DNA of 64,000 nucleotides from a bacterium. GTDB lineage: Bacteria; Bacillota_I; Bacilli_A; RFN20; CAG-288. Position numbers and translations under genes: made by a program. Below are positions 1 to 7,521 of this stretch, in pieces. The notes beneath the pieces were generated by a model, which ran no database searches, was not told the origin of the DNA, and saw only the letters and a program-made list of their open reading frames with translations. Numbering within the stretch: position 1 is the first letter of the stretch; every line of letters starts with the position of its first letter. Location of the stretch: NCBI GenBank assembly GCA_963660905.1, contig CAVKZJ010000005.1, positions 19,081 through 83,080 on the forward strand. The letters run 5' to 3'.

Positions 1-78
1 GAGAGATACCTAGGATTGATGCAGGATCGATTGGTCGATATCTATTGATATACAGTTGAATGTCATGAAACCATTTCA

Positions 79-1136
79 TCACAAAAACATTAGTTTGTTT
101 TGAATGAATTCATAAAAACGAGGCAATGTCAAAATGATTTTTCCATGTTGGGAACCATCGATCAATCCCTTTTTTATCAAGCGGTCCCGATAACGAGAAA
201 AATATTCCTTTTTCATATCCAGCTCATTCAACACATTCGAAACAGGTATGAAATCGTTCGATTTCATCGAGACGAGTATTTTCTGCTCTACCATTGTTAG
301 GGATGACCAAATTTTGGAATATACAAATTCATCTAGATATTGATCGAATTGGTCCAGTAAATCTGCATCCATTTCTTTTTTGCTTCTTTCAAACATTAAA
401 TATCCAAGCAATTGGAAAGCAAATGCATAACCTTTTGTAAGCTTTGCACATTTTATGGCTTCTTTGTTTTCCAAAGATAAAGTCGTTTTATAGGAATTTG
501 CAATCGCAGTCAAATTCAAAGGACATAAATAGAATTTTGGTGCTCTAATTAAGAACGTCAGGTTCTTTTCGTTTTCAAGAGATGAAATATTTTCGAATAA
601 CCCCGTTGCCAAAATGAATAATTGATAATCTTCTCTGATAAGCATCTGAAAGGATAAGGCGAGCTGTTTCATATAGGCGTTATTTGATGCTTCATCTATG
701 GTGATCAAAACCTTTATCTTATGCTTGGATAATTCTTTGAACATCTTATCCAACAGATCATCAATGTTCAGAATCGGATTCTTCCCACTGATCGAAAAGG
801 TGATTCCATGGAACGAAAAGTTAAAATTCTTTTCGATGAAAAGATGTTTGACTCTCGAGCATGTATAGAGTTTTGCTGCAAGGGCCTCTCTCATGTCATC
901 TTCTACGTTAAGCCCTATGACGACCCAGTCATCCTGCTGAATGAAATATTTGGATATGGATGTCAACATGACTGTCTTTCCAGAACCCCTGACACCCGTA
1001 ATCATAAAGCAGTGCGATACCGGGGTTCACTTGTAAGTTTATCTATGATATCTTCTTTATCTTTTTCTCTGCTGACATATTCGTATGGCTTCTTGCCAAA
1101 TGATAATGTAAAAGGATTCCTTTCATACTTCTTCAT
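79..1136 (-). pseudogene. Orphan P-loop ATPase with a C-terminal winged-helix-like region; the reading frame is broken near the N-terminus.
   Basis: ORF 79..1005 starts directly at Walker A (ITGVRGSGKT) and has a Walker B-like LITIDEA. The missing N-terminus, MKKYERNPFTLSFGKKPYEYVSREKDKEDIIDKLTSEPRYRTAL*, is encoded at 1002..1136 in another frame by hand translation. Adding one C to the minus-strand C4 run (plus-strand GGGG at 1022..1025) gives ...LTSEPPVSHCFMITGVRGSGKT. Confidence 0.6.
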
Positions 1137-1169
1137 ACTTGTGAGTTCCTTTCATACTTCTTCATACTT
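1117..1169. repeat. 24-nt direct duplication with a 29-nt period, overlapping the start of the ATPase gene.
   Basis: TTCCTTTCATACTTCTTCATACTT occurs at 1117..1140 and again at 1146..1169. Together they hold four copies of TTCATACTT (minus strand AAGTATGAA) at 1122, 1132, 1151 and 1161. Confidence 0.9.
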
Positions 1170-1251
1170 TTGTCAAGACGAATCGGTTGTAATCCAAAAG
1201 CAATGAGAAACTATCTAGGCAGACAATAGAAAGGGATTTGTGGATATATAG

Positions 1252-1285
1252 AAAAAGGCCTGATGCTTTTATCGTGCATCAAGCC
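1252..1285 (-). terminator. Intrinsic terminator downstream of the ABC-F gene.
   Basis: The minus-strand RNA reads GGCUUGAUGC-ACGAUAAAA-GCAUCAGGCC followed by UUUUU. The stem is 10 bp with one G-U pair. Confidence 0.6.
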
Positions 1286-1291
1286 ATGAAT

Positions 1292-2881
1292 TTATTTTTG
1301 AAGGGAGTCAAGGTATTCTAAGAATTCTTCGTATGTCATCTGTCGATCGATGAAACTGCCATCTGCCTTTATATAGATGACACGATTGGCAATGGTATTG
1401 AGAAGCTCACGGTCATGAGAGGAGAAAAGAAGAACGCTTTTTTCCGCTTCCTTCATTCCTCTGTTCAAGGATTCGATGGATTCCAAGTCAAGATGGTTCG
1501 TCGGGTCATCAAGCATGATGACGTTTCCGGGATCGAGCATGACTTTGCAGAAGCGAAGACGGACTTTTTCACCGCCCGAGAGAACCGAGACATTCTTTAA
1601 GGCTTCATCACCCGTGAAGAGCATTCTTCCCAAGAATCCTCTTAAATAGGCATCAGTCGTCTCTTTGGCAAAGGGGCGGAGATAGTTGACCAACGTCGTA
1701 TTGACGCCTTCGAATTCCGCAAAGGAGGAAGGAATATACATCGGCTTAGTGGTCTTTCCCCATTTGAATGTTCCCTTATCCAAGCTGTCTTTTCCAGAAA
1801 GGATATCAAAGAGTTTCGTGATTGCCAAGGAATTATCCGCTAAGAAAGCGACCTTATCGGTATTGCGAAGAGTGAATTCAAGATCCTTGAAATACCCATC
1901 CTTCGTGGCTTCATGGACTTCCAGGATATCTTTTCCGAGAGGGTATTCGCTGCGGAAGGAGATAAAAGGATATTTTCGACTGGAAGGCTTCATTTCCTCA
2001 AGCTGAATCTTGTCGAGGGCCTTCTTTCTGGAAGTTGCCTGTTTCGATTTGGCGGCATTGGCAGCAAATCTTCTGATGAAATCCTGCAATTCCTTGATTC
2101 TTTCTTCCTTCTTCTTATTCTGATCCTTCATCTGCTGCTGAATCAGCTGACTCGACTGATACCAAAAATCATAGTTTCCGACAAAGAGATTGATGGCATT
2201 GTAGTCCACATCAAGGATTCGAGTGCAGACCTTGTTGAGGAAATAACGGTCGTGGGAGACGATCAGAACCGTGTTTTCGAAATTGATGAGGAATTCCTCA
2301 AGCCACTGGCATGCCTTCTCATCCAAATCGTTGGTCGGTTCATCCAGAACCAGAATATCCGGATTGCCAAACAAAGCCTGGCAAAGAAGAACCTTGACCT
2401 TGTCCTTGGCATCCATGTCCTTCATCAGTTTGTGTTCATCTTCCTTCTTGATTCCCAAGGAAATCAAAAGGGTCTCCGCATCCATTTCCGCATCCCAGCC
2501 ATTCATTTCGGCAAATTCCGTTTCCAGTTCGGCAGCCTTGATGCCATCCTCTTCGCTGAAATCAGCCTTCGCATATAAGGCATCCTTTTCATCCATGACC
2601 TGAATCAGTCTTGGATAGCCCATCAGAACTGTCCTCATGACATCATATTGATCAAAAGCATTATGATCCTGTTTGAGAACAGAAAGTCTTTCCTTGGAAT
2701 CTTTCAAAACATGGCCATCGGTCGGTTCGAGATCGCCGGAGATGATTCTTAAAAGCGTCGATTTGCCAGCGCCATTGGCACCGATGATGCCATAGCATTC
2801 ACCCGGTGTGAATGAGACGTTGACATCCTTATAGAGGACTCTGCCTCCAAACTGCATCGAAATATTGCTAAGCTGTAACAT
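1292..2881 (-). CDS. ABC-F family ATPase (YbiT-like two-NBD layout, no TM domain) with a degenerate second ATP site.
   Basis: NBD1 has GANGAGKST, LVLDEPTNDLD and VSHDR, followed by a charged inter-domain linker. NBD2 has LSGGEKVRL, IMLDDPTNHLD and SSHDR. ATG 2881 (MLQLSNISMQFGG) is preferred over the TTG at 2929. Confidence 0.85.
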   Translation of the reverse strand: MLQLSNISMQFGGRVLYKDVNVSFTPGECYGIIGANGAGKSTLLRIISGDLEPTDGHVLKDSKERLSVLKQDHNAFDQYDVMRTVLMGYPRLIQVMDEKDALYAKADFSEEDGIKAAELETEFAEMNGWDAEMDAETLLISLGIKKEDEHKLMKDMDAKDKVKVLLCQALFGNPDILVLDEPTNDLDEKACQWLEEFLINFENTVLIVSHDRYFLNKVCTRILDVDYNAINLFVGNYDFWYQSSQLIQQQMKDQNKKKEERIKELQDFIRRFAANAAKSKQATSRKKALDKIQLEEMKPSSRKYPFISFRSEYPLGKDILEVHEATKDGYFKDLEFTLRNTDKVAFLADNSLAITKLFDILSGKDSLDKGTFKWGKTTKPMYIPSSFAEFEGVNTTLVNYLRPFAKETTDAYLRGFLGRMLFTGDEALKNVSVLSGGEKVRLRFCKVMLDPGNVIMLDDPTNHLDLESIESLNRGMKEAEKSVLLFSSHDRELLNTIANRVIYIKADGSFIDRQMTYEEFLEYLDSLQK

Positions 2882-2956
2882 ATTGAACTGCCCTTCCTTT
2901 ACCGTTCGGATTATAGCAAGAATGTCCAATATTTCCTAGTGAAAAGTGCTCTCATG

Positions 2957-2976
2957 ATACTAGATAAATACTAGAT
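2957..2976 (+). promoter_or_regulatory. Two ATACTAGAT direct repeats 11 bp apart, upstream of nrdD. Possible NrdR-like or other operator.
   Basis: ATACTAGAT occurs at 2957..2965 and 2968..2976. It resembles the CACTAnAT half of published NrdR boxes, but no full 16-bp palindrome is present. Confidence 0.25.
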
Positions 2977-2998
2977 TTTAAATTGCCTTTCAAAGTTC

Positions 2999-3027
2999 TT
3001 TACTAATGAGGTTTTCTAACATAAAAT
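2999..3027 (+). promoter_or_regulatory. Candidate sigma-A promoter of nrdDG.
   Basis: TTTACT (2999..3004), a 17-nt spacer, then TAAAAT (3022..3027). Confidence 0.35.
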
Positions 3028-3065
3028 AGGAGTGTTCGAATAACCTTGATTTACGATTCAGACTC

Positions 3066-3088
3066 AAGACCGAATAAGGTCTTTTTTT
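3066..3088 (+). terminator. Terminator-like hairpin inside the nrdD 5' leader, abutting the SD.
   Basis: AAGACC-GAATAA-GGTCTT followed by TTTTT (3084..3088), then AGGAGGG and ATG 3104. No plus-strand gene lies upstream. Confidence 0.4.
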
Positions 3089-3103
3089 AGGAGGGAAATT
3101 TCT

Positions 3104-5401
3104 ATGTATGACGAAACATTAGATGGCAATTTAGACTTGGAAAACACCAAAATCTGTGTCATGAAGCGTTCCGGAGAACGTGTTCCCTTCGATCGCAAAA
3201 AGATCTCCGCGGCCATCAGAAAAGCAAATGATGAAGAGGGAATCATGAGTGAAAGACTCACCGAAGCCCAGATTGAAGATATCTCCCTTGGCATCATGAA
3301 AGATGCCTTCAATGCCGGCAGAGACCTTTCCGTGGAAGAGATTCAGGACAAGGTTGAAGACGCCTTGATGGGTTCAGGAAAGCACAAAGTCGCACGTTTA
3401 TATATCACCTATCGATACAAGAGAAATGAAGATCGAAAGATGTCGGATATCGATCAGAAGATTTCCGGTGTTGTCGAAAGAGACAACGAAGAAGTCAAGC
3501 AGGAAAATTCCAATAAGAATCCGACCATTCTCTCCGTGCAGAGAGACTATATGGCCGGTGAATGGTCAAGATATTATACGAATCGATACCTTCTTCCACG
3601 CGAGATTTACGAAGCACATAAAGAAGGCATCATTCATTTCCATGATGCAGACTATTTTGCCCAGCATATGCACAATTGCTGTTTGGTCAACCTCAATGAC
3701 ATGTTACAAAATGGCACATGCATTTCCGGTACGAAGATCGACACTCCGCATTCTTTTATCACCGCCTGCACCGTTGCGAGCCAAATCGTCGCTCAGGTCG
3801 CATCGAGCCAGTACGGCGGCCAGACCATCACCATGTCCCATCTCGCTCCCTTCGTCGATACGTCCAGGCAAAAGATTTCCGCTCGTCTGAAGCGTGAATT
3901 CGAATCCATGGGCATCATTACCACGGAAGACAAATTCCGCGGCCTCGTCGAACAGGAAGTCAGAAAGGAAGTCGAAAGCGGATGCCAGACAATCCAATAT
4001 CAGCTGATCACCTTGCAATCGACCAATGGACAGGCTCCATTCGTCACCGTCTTCCTCTATCTCAATGAAGTCGAAGAGGGTCAGACAAGAGACGATCTTG
4101 CCTTGATCATCGAAGTCATGCTCAAGCAGAGAATCCTCGGCGTAAAGGATCGAACTGGTTCTTATATCACCCCCGCCTTCCCGAAGCTCATCTATGTTCT
4201 TCAGGAAGACAATATCACAGAGGATGGGAAGTATTTCTACCTCACGAAATTGGCTGCGGAATGCACGGCGAAGAGAATGGTTCCGGACTTCATTTCTGAA
4301 AAGAAAGCCATCGAACTCAAGGGTGGGGATTGCTATCCCTGCATGGGCTGCAGAAGTTTCCTGACACCTGATCGCTTTACGGATGCCGGAAAAGGAAATC
4401 TTTCCAATGCATTGGATTACATTCCTGGGAAGCACAAATATTATGGACGTTTCAACCAAGGCGTCGTGACGCTCAATTTGGTCGATGTCGCCTGCTCTTC
4501 CTGCAAGGATGAGGAACGCTTCTGGAAAATCATGGAAGAAAGATTGCAGCTTTGCCATAGAGCCCTCAAGCTTCGTCACGATCGTCTCATGGGAACTCCA
4601 AGCGATGTTGCTCCGATTCTCTGGCAGGATGGTGCCTTAGCCAGACTCAAGCCCGGTGAAACCATCGACAAGCTTCTTTTCGATGGCTATTCGACGATTT
4701 CCTTAGGCTATGCCGGATTGGCCGAGGCTGTCTATTATATGAAAGGCATCTCCCACACTTCCCCGGAAGGAGAAGAATTCGGCTTGAAGATCATGCAGCT
4801 CCTCAACGACAAATGCAACCAATGGAAGAGAGAAGAAAATATCGACTATTCCGTCTATGGAACACCGCTCGAATCCACGACCTATAAGTTTGCCAAATGT
4901 CTCCAGAAGAGATTCGGCATCATCAAAGGGGTCACAGACCACAATTACATCACCAATTCCTACCATGTCAACGTCCGCGAATCCATCACCGCCTTCGACA
5001 AATTGACCAAGGAAGCGGAATTCCAGCGTCTTTCCCCAGGCGGAGCCGTCAGTTATGTCGAGGTTCCCAATCTTCAGAATAACATTCCGGCTGTCCTAAG
5101 CATTCTCAAGCATATGTACAACACCATTCTCTATGCCGAGCTGAACACCAAGTCCGACCTCTGTGAGGTCTGCGGATACACCGGAGAAATCAAGATCGTC
5201 AAAGACGATACCGGAAAACTCGTCTGGGAATGTCCAAACTGTCACAATCGTGACCAGTCCAAGATGCACGTCGCAAGACGTACCTGCGGATATATCGGAA
5301 CCCAGTTCTGGAACCAGGGAAGAACACAGGAGATCAAAGACCGTGTCATGCATCTTTCCTGCGGGGAATTCCATCTCGAAAAAGACGAACAGACGAAATA
5401 A
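3104..5401 (+). CDS. nrdD: Anaerobic ribonucleoside-triphosphate reductase (class III).
   Basis: 765 aa with an ATP-cone-like N-terminus. The C-terminus has a Zn-ribbon (CEVCGY...CPNC) and the glycyl-radical motif RRTCGYIG. The SD is AGGAGGG. Confidence 0.93.
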   Translation: MYDETLDGNLDLENTKICVMKRSGERVPFDRKKISAAIRKANDEEGIMSERLTEAQIEDISLGIMKDAFNAGRDLSVEEIQDKVEDALMGSGKHKVARLYITYRYKRNEDRKMSDIDQKISGVVERDNEEVKQENSNKNPTILSVQRDYMAGEWSRYYTNRYLLPREIYEAHKEGIIHFHDADYFAQHMHNCCLVNLNDMLQNGTCISGTKIDTPHSFITACTVASQIVAQVASSQYGGQTITMSHLAPFVDTSRQKISARLKREFESMGIITTEDKFRGLVEQEVRKEVESGCQTIQYQLITLQSTNGQAPFVTVFLYLNEVEEGQTRDDLALIIEVMLKQRILGVKDRTGSYITPAFPKLIYVLQEDNITEDGKYFYLTKLAAECTAKRMVPDFISEKKAIELKGGDCYPCMGCRSFLTPDRFTDAGKGNLSNALDYIPGKHKYYGRFNQGVVTLNLVDVACSSCKDEERFWKIMEERLQLCHRALKLRHDRLMGTPSDVAPILWQDGALARLKPGETIDKLLFDGYSTISLGYAGLAEAVYYMKGISHTSPEGEEFGLKIMQLLNDKCNQWKREENIDYSVYGTPLESTTYKFAKCLQKRFGIIKGVTDHNYITNSYHVNVRESITAFDKLTKEAEFQRLSPGGAVSYVEVPNLQNNIPAVLSILKHMYNTILYAELNTKSDLCEVCGYTGEIKIVKDDTGKLVWECPNCHNRDQSKMHVARRTCGYIGTQFWNQGRTQEIKDRVMHLSCGEFHLEKDEQTK

Positions 5402-5406
5402 AAATC

Positions 5407-5446
5407 ATCCTTTGCCAAGGATTCTTTTCTGAGGCAAAGGATTTTT
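5407..5446 (+). terminator. Hairpin plus T-run between nrdD and nrdG. Partial terminator or processing/stability element.
   Basis: ATCCTTTGCC (5407..5416) pairs with GGCAAAGGAT (5433..5442), leaving a 16-nt loop, followed by TTTT. Confidence 0.45.
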
Positions 5447-5464
5447 CAATAGGAGGATACCATT

Positions 5465-5992
5465 ATGCATATCGGACAGATCATGCTTGCCGACTCGGCC
5501 AACGGAGAAGGAATCCGACTCTCCATCTTCGTCTCTGGATGCACGAATCACTGCAAAGGCTGCTTTCAGCCAGAGACATGGGACTTTTCCTATGGTCAGC
5601 TCTATACCAAGGAAATGGAAGATGAAATCATCGACGAACTCTCCAAGCCCTACTATGACGGACTGACTCTTCTTGGCGGTGAGCCATTTGAGGTCGAAAA
5701 CCAAAGAGCCCTGCTTCCGCTTCTTAGAAGAATCAAGGAAGAACTTCCGAAGAAGACCATCTGGGCCTATAGCGGATTCACCTATGACAAGGATCTTATC
5801 GGACATGGATGTCGACATATCGAATGCACAGATGAGATTCTTTCCATGATCGACGTTCTCGTCGATGGAAAATTCATCGAGGAGCTCAAGAATGTCGCTC
5901 TCAATTTCCGTGGAAGCGAAAACCAGAGAATCATCGACATGAAAAAGACAAGAGATGAAGGTCATGTCGTCCTGTCCAAGCTGAACAACTGA
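5465..5992 (+). CDS. nrdG: Anaerobic RNR activating protein (radical SAM).
   Basis: It has the CTNHCKGC cluster (CxxxCxxC), a size of 175 aa, and lies directly after nrdD. The SD is AGGAGG. Confidence 0.9.
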   Translation: MHIGQIMLADSANGEGIRLSIFVSGCTNHCKGCFQPETWDFSYGQLYTKEMEDEIIDELSKPYYDGLTLLGGEPFEVENQRALLPLLRRIKEELPKKTIWAYSGFTYDKDLIGHGCRHIECTDEILSMIDVLVDGKFIEELKNVALNFRGSENQRIIDMKKTRDEGHVVLSKLNN

Positions 5993-6044
5993 ATAGAAAT
6001 AGATATTTCAAAGACTGGAAAACAGCCTCACATTCAATGAATCA

Positions 6045-7358
6045 TTATAAAAACATAATGAAATAAATCGGGTAATAAGTTATTTTACCATCCTCCTTGA
6101 TTTCACGGCTGTTGCTGAAAACATATCCTTTCGTCATTCTATAATTTTTATCTTCTAAGATTTTTGGCAAAGCTTTGAAGTTCTTATAATCTTTTCCGGA
6201 TTTGATTTCCAAAGGCAAGACATTTAAAGAATCATAGTCATCGATTAAGAAATCAACTTCTCCAACTTTCTTTCTATCATAGTAATATAATTCATAATCA
6301 TGGGCTTTTAATTCCTGTGCGACTGCAGTTTCATAAACCGCTCCTAAATTCACACCTTTGGTGTCATCCAATATGGCATTGATATTGTTTTTGTATAGAA
6401 TATTTGTCAGTAAACCGATATCATTCATATATAATTTAATTAAATTTTTACTGCTTGATTGAATCAAAGGAAATCTTGGCTCTGTGCAGGCTTTTGTAGC
6501 CAAAGCAATGCCAGAAGAAATAAGATATTCAAATTCATCATTGTATTTTGTATATCTCACATCATCGATATCCTCAATCTTTTTGTATTGGATTCTTTTG
6601 ACTTTATTATCAATATTGGAAGGAATCATTTCATAGATTCTTTTGATTACTAATTTATTCTTTTTATCGTATTTCGAAGCATCTTCAGAGTAAAAATTAA
6701 TAATGTCCTTCTGAATCTCTCTTATCTTCATGACATTTTTAGTCCTTACGAAAGTATTTACTGCATCAGGCATTCCTCCGACATAAAGATATGTTTTAAA
6801 CAAATATAAAACCTTATCATGAAGTGATTCATCCAGTGATGTTTTATTGATAAAACAATCTCTTAGATGATTGATAACGAATTGCCCGACTGAATTCGCA
6901 AGCAAAAATTCTTCAAAGTCCATCGGATACATTTTCTTTTCTATAATCGATCCCATTGGAGTTAGGGTTGTCTTTGATAGCGCAATTCCAAGTTCAGAAC
7001 CGCTACAAATATATTTATATTTATTCTCATTACGCAAAGGTTTTAGTAATGTCAATAATTCAGGATATTCTTGAATTTCATCTAGGAAAACAATGGTATT
7101 CTCTCTGGTATCTAGTTTATCACCTGCAATAACACTGAGTTCTAAATAAAAAGATTCAACTGTTTTAACGTTTGCAAATAATTTATCTCCCGTTTTGTCA
7201 TCAGCCATATTGATCTCTATATAATTTTTAAAATGCTTTTGAGCCAATTCACGAATGATATAGGTTTTGCCGATTTGTCTTGCGCCATCAATGCATAATA
7301 TTTTACTTTCATCACCTAATAAATATTCCTCAATATATTTTGAAATTTTTCTATACAT
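6045..7358 (-). CDS. Stand-alone AAA_14/DUF4143-type ATPase with a PD-(D/E)xK-like C-terminal motif.
   Basis: It has Walker A GARQIGKT and Walker B VFLDEIQ. The C-terminus reads GEVDFLI...LPLEIKSGK (EIK at 6201..6209). ATG 7358 (MYRKISKYIEEY) has GGAGG 9 nt upstream. A hand count of 6045..6104 gives 15 G+C in 60 nt, against 30 in 60 for 4001..4060 in nrdD. Confidence 0.8.
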   Translation of the reverse strand: MYRKISKYIEEYLLGDESKILCIDGARQIGKTYIIRELAQKHFKNYIEINMADDKTGDKLFANVKTVESFYLELSVIAGDKLDTRENTIVFLDEIQEYPELLTLLKPLRNENKYKYICSGSELGIALSKTTLTPMGSIIEKKMYPMDFEEFLLANSVGQFVINHLRDCFINKTSLDESLHDKVLYLFKTYLYVGGMPDAVNTFVRTKNVMKIREIQKDIINFYSEDASKYDKKNKLVIKRIYEMIPSNIDNKVKRIQYKKIEDIDDVRYTKYNDEFEYLISSGIALATKACTEPRFPLIQSSSKNLIKLYMNDIGLLTNILYKNNINAILDDTKGVNLGAVYETAVAQELKAHDYELYYYDRKKVGEVDFLIDDYDSLNVLPLEIKSGKDYKNFKALPKILEDKNYRMTKGYVFSNSREIKEDGKITYYPIYFIMFL

Positions 7359-7371
7359 AGAATGATAGCCT

Positions 7372-7481
7372 CCGCTTTTCCAAGATTTCAAAGTGCAAAA
7401 ATTTACGCTTTTCCGTGTTTATTATAAGTTAAAAATCACGCTTTTTCAATTTTCGTGACACCAAAAATATACGCTTTTCCA
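7372..7481. repeat. Four phased copies of (A/C)CGCTTTT(T/C)C at an exact 33-bp spacing, spanning SD, leader, promoter spacer and upstream region.
   Basis: CGCTTTT cores start at 7373, 7406, 7439 and 7472. The three distal copies also share AAAAAT 1-2 nt before the core. The copy at 7373 overlaps the SD (CCTCC 7369..7373), and the copy at 7439 lies in the -35/-10 spacer. Confidence 0.85.
7421..7449 (-). promoter_or_regulatory. Near-consensus sigma-A promoter for the DUF4143-type ATPase gene.
   Basis: The minus strand reads TTGAAA (7449..7444), a 17-nt spacer, then TATAAT (7426..7421). Confidence 0.6.
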
Positions 7482-7521
7482 AAAGTGATGTTGTTTGAGG
7501 AGAATAAGCTTCCCTGTATAT

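Noticed and set aside
2957-2976. Calling the ATACTAGAT pair canonical NrdR boxes.
   Set aside because: NrdR sites are 16-bp palindromes, usually paired at a spacing of about 31-32 bp. Here there are two direct 9-mers 11 bp apart with no palindromic partner. They are kept only as a low-confidence regulatory candidate.
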